Shown here piece by piece: positions 54,569 through 63,660 of a DNA stretch of 64,000 nucleotides. The position numbers were made by a program, and so were the translations under genes. The notes under the pieces were generated by a model that saw only the letters and a program-made list of their open reading frames with translations, was not told where the DNA came from and made no database searches. The DNA comes from a virus: IMG/VR virus record IMGVR_UViG_3300034107_000136, positions 37,710 to 101,709 of that record. One strand, 5' to 3'. The first letter of the stretch is position 1; the number at the start of each line of letters is the position of its first letter.

Positions 54569-54757
54569 ATGGCAATGCCAGTTTATTTATATACCTGCAA
54601 GGATTGCGGGGACATGGAAGTAAGACAGGACATGTACGATAATACACTCAAGACATGTCCTAAGTGCAGCAACATTGGTCTTGCTAAAAGATTTGTTCCA
54701 GTAGGAGTAAAGTTTACTGGATCAGGATTTTATTCAACAGATAATAGGGGTAAGTAA
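54569..54757 (+). CDS. FmdB-family zinc ribbon protein
   Basis: MPVY.Y.C..CG...CPKC...F.GSGFYSTD. Confidence 0.85.
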   Translation: MAMPVYLYTCKDCGDMEVRQDMYDNTLKTCPKCSNIGLAKRFVPVGVKFTGSGFYSTDNRGK

Positions 54758-54853
54758 TGGAAACAGCATTGTTTATTGCAGTTTTAATATTTGTATATGG
54801 CTTTGGAATGTACCTTGGATGGGAAGCAAGAAAAGATTATTCTAGGAGAAAAG

Positions 54854-55009
54854 ATGAATCCTGACCAGCCACAGTTTGAACTTTACTGGAGAGACGTAAT
54901 TAGTAGAGAGATAGATATGTATAGACTAATGAATAATCATCTAATTAGTGAAGATACCCTTGAAGTATTAGATGAGTTGATTAAGTTTGTCGGAAATCCA
55001 ACTCAATAA
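54854..55009 (+). CDS. Hypothetical protein
   Basis: SD AGGAG before ATG 54854. Confidence 0.45.
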   Translation: MNPDQPQFELYWRDVISREIDMYRLMNNHLISEDTLEVLDELIKFVGNPTQ

Positions 55010-55027
55010 ACAAATTAGGAGATTATT

Positions 55028-55222
55028 GTGAGTGCAGCAATTCATTGCGATGGTCCAGACTGTATTGGTTGGATGAAGATGGGCAGGGCATTTGCAGATA
55101 ATGCAGGTTTCTTGTCAGTATATTGGGGCGATGGGCCAGACAATAATTTTGATTTCTGCTCTTGGGACTGTTGTATTAGGTATGGAGCGACAAAGCCACC
55201 ATTAGTAATTATTGAGGAGTAG
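55028..55222 (+). CDS. Small Cys-rich protein
   Basis: CDGPDC...DFCSWDC. Confidence 0.55.
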   Translation: MSAAIHCDGPDCIGWMKMGRAFADNAGFLSVYWGDGPDNNFDFCSWDCCIRYGATKPPLVIIEE

Positions 55223-55223
55223 C

Positions 55224-55523
55224 ATGTATCTTCCTGCTGATGAAGAGAGTGTAGGACCACACCATAATAAAAAGAAAGATACAAAGAGATGGTGTAAGGG
55301 TAAGGTGGGAAGAGAGCATGTTCTACATATAACTAAATCAAATTATGGTGGCACAAGCAATTGTAAAAATGCTCCTTGGTTTATTAGGAACAAGTCTGGT
55401 GAATTAAAACCATTCGATAGATATATTTGCTGGCATCAAAGGTCTTGTCAAAATTGCGGTAAGGTGCTAGAATATTGGTTACCAGCAGAAGAGTGCCCTG
55501 ACTACAAGGAGACAAATGACTAG
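55224..55523 (+). CDS. Hypothetical protein
   Basis: KDTKRWCKGKVGREH...C.NCGK. Confidence 0.6.
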   Translation: MYLPADEESVGPHHNKKKDTKRWCKGKVGREHVLHITKSNYGGTSNCKNAPWFIRNKSGELKPFDRYICWHQRSCQNCGKVLEYWLPAEECPDYKETND

Positions 55524-55645
55524 CAAGTGTCCAAACTGCGGCAACAAGGCATGTCAATGCTTTAGTTCTCCTTGTTGCGGAATGCTAATAACCAGTATTG
55601 ATCTTACTTATAATGCACATTGTGGATACTGCGGAAGGAATTGGA

Positions 55646-55849
55646 ATGAGTGATTCTACTTGGTATGACATAGCATACGCAAAAGGACGGATGGACGCTA
55701 CCGTTGCTGCCGTGCAGCGGGTTGAAACGCTTAAGCCACGACTATGGATGACTACGTTTGAAGGAGGGTACGACTGCTGCGGATGCAGCACCCTACTTGA
55801 CTTGTACGAAGACGCTGTTGACGCTATTAGAGGAGAACGTAGTGAGTGA
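55646..55849 (+). CDS. Hypothetical protein (related to paralog family at 59.9-61.8 kb)
   Basis: Y.KGR.DA..AAV.RVE.L. Confidence 0.5.
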   Translation: MSDSTWYDIAYAKGRMDATVAAVQRVETLKPRLWMTTFEGGYDCCGCSTLLDLYEDAVDAIRGERSE

Positions 55850-56909
55850 ATGGAAAAAGATCTATAGATCAGCAACACCTATGACTTCAACGGTAGAGAT
55901 GGATACCCTTACCAGTAATCTGGTTCGCCCATTTGATTATGCATCAGATGGAACAGAGTCTTTCTATCCTTACATCCTTCCATCTGAACTCCCAAAGACT
56001 TTTGGTATCGGTGTTATTGTCGGTGCATCTGGCACAGGAAAATCTACCCTTCTTTCTGAGTTTGGAAAGTATGTCAAGCCACAATGGGACTATTCTAGTT
56101 CCATTGCCTCCCACTTCAATGATGCAGAAGATGCATCAGAGCGCCTTGCAGCCGCAGGACTTATGAGTATTCCAGAGTGGGTCAAGCCTTATCGGGTGCT
56201 GTCAAATGGACAGCAATTCCGTGCAGATCTAGCGAGGAGTATTAATAACTATGCTGTTCTTGATGAGTTTACTAGTGTTGTGGATCGTAACGTGGCAATG
56301 GCAGCGTCAACCGCGATGGCAAGATACATTCGAAAGAACGATGTACACAATGTTGTTGTGGCTACTTGTCATCGGGATGTTCTGGACTATCTTGAGCCTG
56401 ACTGGGTAATTGATCTTGATAAGGGTCTGTGGACCACTGGGAGGTGGGTTCAACGACCTGAACTGGCTCTCACAATACATCCTGCCCACTACAGCATTTG
56501 GACTTACTTCTCTAAGTATCACTACCTCAGCGAAAACCTCAACAGAGCGTCACACAACTATGTGGCAATCTGGAATGATCAGTTAGTAGGATTCAATAGT
56601 GTCATCACAGCACCGTCAGGTACTTATAAGAATGCTTATCGGGGTCATCGTCTTGTCGTTCATCCTGACTATCAAGGGTTTGGTTTTGGACCGAAGATCA
56701 GCGAGGGAGTAGCGCAGCATTATATTGATAATGGTAAGCGTTACTTTGCCAAGACTTCCCACCCTCGTTTGGGTGGGTATAGAGATAGCAGTCCCCTCTG
56801 GAAACCTACTAGCAAGAATCATATGAAGCGTAGAGATTCAGAAGGACATGATCGTTGGAAGATTAATCCTGATCGTTGGTCTTTCTCTCATGAGTATATT
56901 GGAGTATAA
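55842..56909 (+). CDS. ABC-type ATPase fused to GNAT acetyltransferase
   Basis: GASGTGKS; LSNGQQFR; LDEF; ATCH; RLVVHPDYQGFGFG. Confidence 0.85.
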   Translation: MSEWKKIYRSATPMTSTVEMDTLTSNLVRPFDYASDGTESFYPYILPSELPKTFGIGVIVGASGTGKSTLLSEFGKYVKPQWDYSSSIASHFNDAEDASERLAAAGLMSIPEWVKPYRVLSNGQQFRADLARSINNYAVLDEFTSVVDRNVAMAASTAMARYIRKNDVHNVVVATCHRDVLDYLEPDWVIDLDKGLWTTGRWVQRPELALTIHPAHYSIWTYFSKYHYLSENLNRASHNYVAIWNDQLVGFNSVITAPSGTYKNAYRGHRLVVHPDYQGFGFGPKISEGVAQHYIDNGKRYFAKTSHPRLGGYRDSSPLWKPTSKNHMKRRDSEGHDRWKINPDRWSFSHEYIGV

Positions 56910-57115
56910 TGATTGATCTATGTGTTGGAGGATACTATGCATTACAAGATCATAAAGCATATACTCCAAATAAGTGCATCCATGTATTGGGTCCACGGCA
57001 TCTAGAAGGAATTACAGAGGAAGTAAGAGTAGTAGCATTACCTGACTGTGACTGGGATCTTCTAGCATATGTAGAAGAAAAAGCAGAACAAATTAACATT
57101 ATCTTTAACAACTAA
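56909..57115 (+). CDS. Hypothetical protein
   Basis: Coupled ORF. Confidence 0.45.
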   Translation: MIDLCVGGYYALQDHKAYTPNKCIHVLGPRHLEGITEEVRVVALPDCDWDLLAYVEEKAEQINIIFNN

Positions 57116-57227
57116 CGAAGGAGTGGCAATGCATATTTGTATGGAAGAGGTTAATCTTGTCATTGCAGCAATCCGAGATCTAGCCTTAATGCTTCCGATT
57201 ATTCGTGTAAAGATCGGATTTTAAGTT

Positions 57228-57500
57228 ATGAAAAAGATAACGACAGGCAATGGAACACATTACATTCTTGATGAAGATCATCGTTGTGCCCGTCGCATCA
57301 AAGGTGAGGGACGAAATGATATGCGTGGCGATGGTGAATGGTTCTATTACACCAGCATGGGGGCATGGGATAAGGAAGAAAACAAAATCGTCAGCCCTCC
57401 AGTAATTGGAATGCCAATCTTCTTTAACCTTACGGGTCATCGTGACTATGATTGGCGAATGACAACAACTGTTAGAAATATTGAGGAGGTAGAGGAATGA
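57228..57500 (+). CDS. Hypothetical protein
   Basis: T.NG..Y..D...RR...TT.V..IE. Confidence 0.55.
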   Translation: MKKITTGNGTHYILDEDHRCARRIKGEGRNDMRGDGEWFYYTSMGAWDKEENKIVSPPVIGMPIFFNLTGHRDYDWRMTTTVRNIEEVEE

Positions 57501-58147
57501 TAGAGAAGATAGATCTAGATGCAATACTTGATACCCCTGTAGTCCCTGCCGATGCAGGAGAGTATGCAGAGGGGCTTACTAAGATTCTCAGCAGGATTCC
57601 CCCTCGTTGGGGACGTTGGGTTCAATGTGGCAAGGGTTGGTATCCTCTTCTTTGTGAACTTAATGAAAAACTTGCAGCAATCTTTCCAGATTACGAACTT
57701 CATCAAGTCAAGGAAAAGTTTGGTACTCTGAGGTACTACATTGGTTTCCCAGAACTAAACCCACAGTGCTGCCTAGATAGGTATGCTGAGCGTCCTGTAG
57801 AGGGTGCTGTAGACCCTAAATGGCTCTATGGTATTGAGCGTACTCTTCAAGAACAGTACGCTCTAGATCAATGGTTTTATGAGTTTGAAAAGCATCTAGA
57901 AGGTGAAGACCATGTTAATCAATGGGATGCACTAGAGCCAGAGCGTGATCGGAGACGAGAATGTTCTGACAAGATGCACAAGATCATTGACGAATATGAA
58001 GATCGAACAATGCGTACTTGCGAGACTTGTGGAAAAAACGCAGCACTTGCGTCAACAGGAGGGCGGGGTACTTGGTATAAGACCCTATGCACCCAATGTG
58101 CAGAAGAACTAGGATACATGATAATTGAGGAGGAAGATAATGAGTAG
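57497..58147 (+). CDS. Conserved phage protein
   Basis: GWY.LL...QVKEKFGTLRYY...TCETCG...W.KTLC. Confidence 0.7.
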   Translation: MIEKIDLDAILDTPVVPADAGEYAEGLTKILSRIPPRWGRWVQCGKGWYPLLCELNEKLAAIFPDYELHQVKEKFGTLRYYIGFPELNPQCCLDRYAERPVEGAVDPKWLYGIERTLQEQYALDQWFYEFEKHLEGEDHVNQWDALEPERDRRRECSDKMHKIIDEYEDRTMRTCETCGKNAALASTGGRGTWYKTLCTQCAEELGYMIIEEEDNE

Positions 58148-58406
58148 CGATGATTTCTTAGAATTCGGAATCATGCAATATGTAGAAGAGTTTGAAAGTC
58201 TCAAGATATACATTCACTTGAAGGATAAGACAATCCTTGCATTTGATAACGTTACACATGATCCTATTCGTTATAAAGGATGGATTAGTATTTATCACAA
58301 GTGGTTTAGTACTCAAGAGGTTTGCAGTATGATTCCTGCAAGTGATTTTTCATATGTTACTTATGTTACAACAGAACATAAGGAAAAGTCTAATGAGGAA
58401 GATTGA
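58140..58406 (+). CDS. Hypothetical protein
   Basis: Coupled ORF with SD. Confidence 0.45.
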   Translation: MSSDDFLEFGIMQYVEEFESLKIYIHLKDKTILAFDNVTHDPIRYKGWISIYHKWFSTQEVCSMIPASDFSYVTYVTTEHKEKSNEED

Positions 58407-58423
58407 ACTGAATATGGATTCCA

Positions 58424-58648
58424 GTGAAACTGAATCTGTTTCGTAATCCTGCCGTAGACCCTTATGTATCGCACATGAGGGTTATCTACGAGGATAATAT
58501 GAGAAAGCAAACAGAAGAGTATTGGCGAACTAAGATTGCCATTGATATTCAAAATGAAGTAAACTTTCATGCTTGGGGTAACTACCTCAATGGAGGTTCT
58601 TGGGAAGAAGGAATGGCAAAGGCTAAAGAGATTGCCTTGGGGCGGTAG
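58424..58648 (+). CDS. Hypothetical protein
   Basis: ORF ending in terminator. Confidence 0.45.
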   Translation: MKLNLFRNPAVDPYVSHMRVIYEDNMRKQTEEYWRTKIAIDIQNEVNFHAWGNYLNGGSWEEGMAKAKEIALGR

Positions 58649-58670
58649 AGAAATCTACCGCCCTTTCTTT
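58640..58670 (+). terminator. Rho-independent terminator upstream of pstS
   Basis: GGGCGGTAGA-GAAA-TCTACCGCCC-TTTCTTT. Confidence 0.85.
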
Positions 58671-58703
58671 GTTCATCTACAGTTCATGGTAAGTTTCTCA
58701 TAA
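58671..58703 (+). promoter_or_regulatory. Actinobacterial-type PHO box
   Basis: 11-nt units GTTCATCTACA / GTTCATGGTAA / GTTTCTCATAA. Confidence 0.7.
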
Positions 58704-58777
58704 TATGTGGCTCCTGTCTTGATTTCTTGCTATGATTATCTCGTTGGAAAGTCCAACCATAACGATAGGAAAAATAT

Positions 58778-59827
58778 ATGCGGAAAGTTTTAGTGGCTAC
58801 TGCTACAGCAGTTGCAGCAGTAATTGCATTGGCATCACCAGCACAAGCAGCAAACGGTATTGCGGGTGGTGGAGCATCATTCCCATACCCATTCATTTCA
58901 ACCTGTGCAGCAGATTTCAACGGCTCACAGAGCAATTTCACAGTAAACTATACTTCAACGGGATCTGGTACTGGTAAGGGTAACTTTACAAAGGGTACGT
59001 TTGTATTCGCACAGACAGACAGCAAGTACACATCGGGCGAGCCAACCTTTGGTTGGGAATACATCCCCAACATTGGTGGAGCAATTGCTTTCCCAATCAA
59101 TCTAACAAACACCAAGACAGGTAGAAGCCTTGGATCTTCAATTCAGTTAAAGAGAATTACTCTTGCAAAGATTCTTTCTGGAAACATCACTGCATGGAAT
59201 AACAAGGAAATTCTTAATGACAATCCAAGGATTGCATCTGGCATTCCTGCAACACTAATTAAGGTAGTTTACCGTTCAGATACATCTGGCACAAGCAACA
59301 ATGCACTTCAGTACCTCAATGCTTGGACACCAACAATCTGGCCGAAGGTTCAGGATGATTTCGGAACTGCATTTCCAAGCGGTAAGCCACTAGCAAGTTC
59401 AATTGCAGGCAAGGGTAATGCTGGAGTCATGGCATCAATCATTGCAACTGAAGGATCAATTGGTTATGTAGACTTAGGAGATGCAAAGGGCTACCCTGCT
59501 GCTCGTATTCAGAATGCACTTGGAGAATTCATTGCTCCATCCTCTAGTTCCGCTGCAAAGAACCTAGCCAACCAAACAAGTGTTGCATCAAATGGCCTTG
59601 TAACACTTAACTATAATGTCAAAGTTTCTGGTGCATACCCGCTAGCAATCTTTAGTTACATGCTTGTTCGCACTGATGGCAAGGGACCAAATGGTCTAGG
59701 CGTTCGTCAGTTTGCAGACTATGTAATTCAGAAGTGTGGTCCATCACGGGCTGCATCACTTGGATACGTTCCCGTTGGCGGCAAGGTTCTTGCTACAGCA
59801 AAGACTCTCGTCAACAACATCAAGTAA
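58778..59827 (+). CDS. pstS: Phosphate ABC transporter substrate-binding protein
   Basis: Signal peptide; GGASFPYP, STGSGTG, RSDTSGTS, GSIGYV, AYPL. Confidence 0.95.
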   Translation: MRKVLVATATAVAAVIALASPAQAANGIAGGGASFPYPFISTCAADFNGSQSNFTVNYTSTGSGTGKGNFTKGTFVFAQTDSKYTSGEPTFGWEYIPNIGGAIAFPINLTNTKTGRSLGSSIQLKRITLAKILSGNITAWNNKEILNDNPRIASGIPATLIKVVYRSDTSGTSNNALQYLNAWTPTIWPKVQDDFGTAFPSGKPLASSIAGKGNAGVMASIIATEGSIGYVDLGDAKGYPAARIQNALGEFIAPSSSSAAKNLANQTSVASNGLVTLNYNVKVSGAYPLAIFSYMLVRTDGKGPNGLGVRQFADYVIQKCGPSRAASLGYVPVGGKVLATAKTLVNNIK

Positions 59828-59840
59828 ACTACATAGCGAA

Positions 59841-59870
59841 GGGCGGCAGAGAAATCTGTCGCCCTTTTCT
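59841..59870 (+). terminator. Rho-independent terminator downstream of pstS
   Basis: GGGCGGCAGA-GAAA-TCTGTCGCCC-TTTT. Confidence 0.85.
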
Positions 59871-59925
59871 ATTGCACAAATATCCTTTATGCCCTATACT
59901 TATCATATACAAGAGAGGCGTAATT

Positions 59926-60210
59926 ATGAGTACACATTTCCCTGAATGTATTAATTTTGCTGGGCCTTGCTGTCCTTGGATGGGTGACTGCACATGCCAA
60001 TGCATCTGTGATATTCTCCGTGCTTGTGAAGAAAGAGTAACTAAGCAAAATGAAACTAACATCTTTGACCTGTACGATGCTGAATACGAAAATGGTTACG
60101 AAGATGGCATCAATGCAGCGATTGTAGCGGTACAAGAGTTGATGAATAAGCCTGGGGCACATGCAGAGCATTACATTTCAGCAATCGACCTATTAAGGAA
60201 ATCGGAATGA
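59926..60210 (+). CDS. Cys-rich paralog 1
   Basis: H.PEC...CICD.LRACEERV. Confidence 0.65.
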   Translation: MSTHFPECINFAGPCCPWMGDCTCQCICDILRACEERVTKQNETNIFDLYDAEYENGYEDGINAAIVAVQELMNKPGAHAEHYISAIDLLRKSE

Positions 60211-60476
60211 GCATTCAGCGGTTTGACTATGCGGGGGTAGTCGGAGATATTGATTACGCAGAGGGAACATATGTAAGATATGAAGATCATCTATCTGCAT
60301 TAGAGAGCATTATTGGTGATATTGTTGATAAGGCTTGGGCTAAAGGATATGCTGAGGCTGAAAAGTTTTTTACTAACTCATGCCTAGCGTGTGGCTATGC
60401 AGGAGAATGGTCCACATGGATATGTGAAGTTTGTGCGGCAGAATTACTTGAGGATGAGGATGAGGATTCTAAATGA
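60207..60476 (+). CDS. Hypothetical protein
   Basis: G.YVRYEDH; CLAC...CEVC. Confidence 0.5.
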   Translation: MSIQRFDYAGVVGDIDYAEGTYVRYEDHLSALESIIGDIVDKAWAKGYAEAEKFFTNSCLACGYAGEWSTWICEVCAAELLEDEDEDSK

Positions 60477-60576
60477 AAGAGTTAATTAGTAAGTGGAAGT
60501 ATTCTAAAAAGCGCGGGGCATGGATCATGAAATGGAAGCGTAGGAAAGTAAAGCCTCTTAGTATAAAGGAGAACCC

Positions 60577-60759
60577 ATGAATCTATCAGATTTTATCTAC
60601 ATGCCAAATACTAACTCTTGGTATATCAAGAAGACAGCAACATATGTCTATCAATCTTATATGCAAAGTGTAGATAGGGAAACAGTAAGGCAGCATCTCG
60701 TTGATTGTGTTGGTAGTTATCCATCAGAAGAGTTGCTTGATACCCTTATAGGAGTGTGA
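60577..60759 (+). CDS. Hypothetical protein
   Basis: SD AAGGAG. Confidence 0.45.
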   Translation: MNLSDFIYMPNTNSWYIKKTATYVYQSYMQSVDRETVRQHLVDCVGSYPSEELLDTLIGV

Positions 60760-60923
60760 GTTAACCATGACTGAGCAAGGTTCTGGTGGGAAAACTGCAA
60801 TGAGGTGTCATTACTGCCAAGAGAGAGTTTATTTCTTTGAAGATGTAAGCGATCCATTGCATTATGATCGCTCACCGTTATGTACATATGGAAGCGTTAT
60901 TAGATGGATGGAGGCTGTTCCTC

Positions 60924-61226
60924 ATGAACGATCACTTAGATGAATGTCCAGAAGTTTTTATAGATTGTTATGGAACATTATGTGATTGTGAATACTCACA
61001 CTTTTGTATCTGTGATGCGCTGCGGGCCTGCGAGGCTCGGGTCACCGCTCTGGCGACTCCAGAAACCGTGGCGCAAGCCGGGTATTGGTACGAGCAGGGC
61101 CAGCGTGACGCCATCGCTGCCGCCGTGAAGCGGGTAGAGGCGCTGCCGATCCCGCTAGACGAGGACCGCAGCATCGTGATGGATCGGATAGCGGTCATCG
61201 CCGCGATCAAGGTAGATCAGCCATGA
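60924..61226 (+). CDS. Cys-rich paralog 2
   Basis: HLDEC...CICDALRACEARV. Confidence 0.65.
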   Translation: MNDHLDECPEVFIDCYGTLCDCEYSHFCICDALRACEARVTALATPETVAQAGYWYEQGQRDAIAAAVKRVEALPIPLDEDRSIVMDRIAVIAAIKVDQP

Positions 61227-61549
61227 TTGAGCATTTACCAGAATGTTTCGAGCAGTGGCAGATCGCACGCAAATGCAACATCTGCGATGCGCTGCGTGCC
61301 TGCGAGGAGCGAGTGCGAGGCGAGGAGCAGCAGCGAATAGAGGCTGCCCTGAGGTCTGTCGGACAGCACGATGCGGCATGGGAGTTAGCCATCCGTGAAA
61401 GGACACTCCGAGATGCACGGGAAGCGATTATTGCAGCAAAGTCTTTAAACGTTGCAAGCAGTCATGCATTGGATAAAGAGGCACGGTTCATTTGGATGAA
61501 CCATGCACTAGAGGCTATTGACGCATTACGAGAGGAAACTAATGACTGA
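61223..61549 (+). CDS. Cys-rich paralog 3
   Basis: EHLPEC...CNICDALRACEERV. Confidence 0.65.
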   Translation: MIEHLPECFEQWQIARKCNICDALRACEERVRGEEQQRIEAALRSVGQHDAAWELAIRERTLRDAREAIIAAKSLNVASSHALDKEARFIWMNHALEAIDALREETND

Positions 61550-61784
61550 GCATCTACCAGAGTGCTGGGCGAAGCATGAGAGTGATCCTCCAGCATGGTG
61601 CATCTGCGATGAACTCCTTGCCTGTGAAAAGCGGGTACTTGGAGAAGGAATCCAAAAACTACTAATTGCTGAAGGTGTTAGAGGATTTATAGAGTATGGT
61701 AAGTCTAGATGGAATAAAGGATATGAGATGGGATATGCAGTAGCGAAAGTCAAATACAAGAAACGACGGAGGATTAATGAATAA
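61542..61784 (+). CDS. Cys-rich paralog 4
   Basis: EHLPEC...CICDELLACEKRV. Confidence 0.65.
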   Translation: MTEHLPECWAKHESDPPAWCICDELLACEKRVLGEGIQKLLIAEGVRGFIEYGKSRWNKGYEMGYAVAKVKYKKRRRINE

Positions 61785-61995
61785 GGTAATCGTAATACAA
61801 GAAGTGTTGTATGGTACTAATGCTGGTCAAGGTATGACTGCATCAGGTGAAGGCGGGTACGACATTTGGATTAGAGATGAAAATAATTATATGGACTTTC
61901 TAGGATTCATCAAGGATGAAGAGTTAGTTAACACAATCATGTATTATGAAGACTTGGGAGATAGAGTAGAGATTAGGTATCTTCCACATGAGTGA
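61777..61995 (+). CDS. Hypothetical protein
   Basis: SD GGAGG; last + strand gene. Confidence 0.5.
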   Translation: MNKVIVIQEVLYGTNAGQGMTASGEGGYDIWIRDENNYMDFLGFIKDEELVNTIMYYEDLGDRVEIRYLPHE

Positions 61996-61999
61996 TAAT

Positions 62000-62657
62000 G
62001 TAACATTCATACCCCTCGTAAATTAACATTACTCGCTAACAGAATGAGTTAGGTTCGCGCAAAAATAGAAGACACATCCTTGACACATGGTAGGTATCTA
62101 CGATACAATTCATGCAGTGGATGAATTTCGCGGGGCAGTCAAAGTAAGTCTCATCACTATACATACACTAACAACCTATACATATACATGGTGTTTATAA
62201 GGTATACATATGGCTGAATAACCTATACATTCTCATGTAATGGATAGTATTATCCATAATACTGATACATAATTATGCCTAATTATGCACAATAATGCCT
62301 TAATATGCACAAATGTATGCATAATATACATAAAAGATGTTACTGATTATATATTTATGATTGAAGAATGAATTTTATAAGGGAATTGGGTTACAGAAAA
62401 AATGTATTCTTAATCATAATCTCTTAATAATGGGGCAAAACATGCAGAATTCCCCCCAAAACGTAGCCGTAATGGAGGAAAACCTGTATAAAACTATGAA
62501 TTTATATATCCCAGTGGAGGATGGCAGAAACATAACAATTTCGTTACGGTTTTGGCAGGGCATATCGTAATGACATATAGTTACATGTGTTATATATATG
62601 TATAGGGAAATTCCTTATACCTTAGTATAGGAAGGTATGTATATGTATAGGGAAATC
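62000..62657. other. AT-rich non-coding convergence region with short repeats
   Basis: TATATGTATAGGGAAAT x2 (62595, 62640); TAATTATGC-like repeats near 62270-62315. Confidence 0.6.
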
Positions 62658-63173
62658 TTATACATTTATTATATCTATACCGCCTTGACAAGAGGGGGAA
62701 CATGTGATAGCAGCACACAAGGCTATCTCTATCCTCCACTCAGGGGTAGCAGGAAAGTCCTTAGTAGTAAATAGACTACCTAATGCAAATGGTCCACCCG
62801 ATCCTAATGCTGTTTCATTAACTTCCGCTACGCTCCAGTCAGCAGTATTCATTTCAAACAATCTACCTTGTGTTCCTATGAGAAATTCGGAGGTATGCTC
62901 AGGATCATGACTACTATATAGATCTATAGCACTACGCATATGTGATACTACGTCTGTTCGTAATGTCTTATAAGGATCTTCTCCTGCATCAGGCATATCA
63001 ATGATTTCCATCAATTGCCCTACCCCCAGAGATCCTGAATAACCAAATACCCATTCATTATTAATATGCACCTTTGGGCGGGATAAAGAAAGGATAGTTG
63101 AATCATCTGATATACCTCTATCTGCACCTATATATACTGTAGTACCGTCTGTTATACCTACAACAATTGTCAT
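62658..63173 (-). CDS. Ntn-hydrolase, proteasome-beta/HslV-like protease
   Basis: N-terminal MT.VVG...GAD; G.SG; ALGSGG.FALG. Confidence 0.8.
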   Translation of the reverse strand: MTIVVGITDGTTVYIGADRGISDDSTILSLSRPKVHINNEWVFGYSGSLGVGQLMEIIDMPDAGEDPYKTLRTDVVSHMRSAIDLYSSHDPEHTSEFLIGTQGRLFEMNTADWSVAEVNETALGSGGPFALGSLFTTKDFPATPEWRIEIALCAAITCSPSCQGGIDIINV

Positions 63174-63188
63174 TACTTCTCCTTTAGA

Positions 63189-63311
63189 TTTCGGCATTCT
63201 TAAAATGGCCCTCGTAATGTCTACGAGATTATTATTATATACCCGGGAAGGATTTTCGGCATTCTTAAAAGGTGCCTCGTAATGTTTATAGGATTGTTAT
63301 ATATGCCCGGG
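63189..63311. repeat. Two ~64-bp imperfect direct repeats ending CCCGGG
   Basis: TTTCGGCATTCTTAAAA..CCTCGTAATGT..GATT.TT..ATAT.CCCGGG at 63189 and 63254. Confidence 0.85.
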
Positions 63312-63316
63312 CCGTT

Positions 63317-63350
63317 CCCCTAGCACCTAGAGAATCCTAGGGCTAGGGGG
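63317..63350 (-). terminator. Hairpin after 63358-63669 gene
   Basis: CCCCTAGC.CCTAG / CTAGG.GCTAGGGG. Confidence 0.55.
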
Positions 63351-63357
63351 ACAAGGG

Positions 63358-63660
63358 CTAAACCGCTACAGGCTCAAGAGGTGGCTGGTCTGATGCCTCA
63401 AATGCAGCAGACAAATCAGCATACTCTCCATCAGCAGGAATGTCAATGTACTCGCAGAACATATCCCAAGTCTCGTCAATAAACGAGGGAGAATCAGAAG
63501 CCTCATTGATAGTGGCATAACCATTGTCAACCATGTAGGCTAGTGGCAGTGCCACATCGTTATACTTGAAGAACTCCATCCATGCTTCGCTTGACTGAAT
63601 GTCCTCCCTGTAGTAGGCCCATAGGTCACCTAGCACACTGCACTTATTGGAAAAGTCCAT
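63358..63660 (-). CDS. Hypothetical acidic protein
   Basis: MDFSNKC.VLGDLW...FF.YND.ALPLAY. Confidence 0.6.
   Translation of the reverse strand: MDFSNKCSVLGDLWAYYREDIQSSEAWMEFFKYNDVALPLAYMVDNGYATINEASDSPSFIDETWDMFCEYIDIPADGEYADLSAAFEASDQPPLEPVAV

Noticed and set aside
452-61759. Numerous - strand and alternate-frame ORFs in the track
   Set aside because: Shadows of well-supported + strand genes, with no motifs or initiation signals
62361-62570. 69-aa ORF in the AT-rich region
   Set aside because: TTG start, no SD, no recognisable motif
63189-63311. Repeats as a mini CRISPR array
   Set aside because: Only two units, and similarity extends through the would-be spacer
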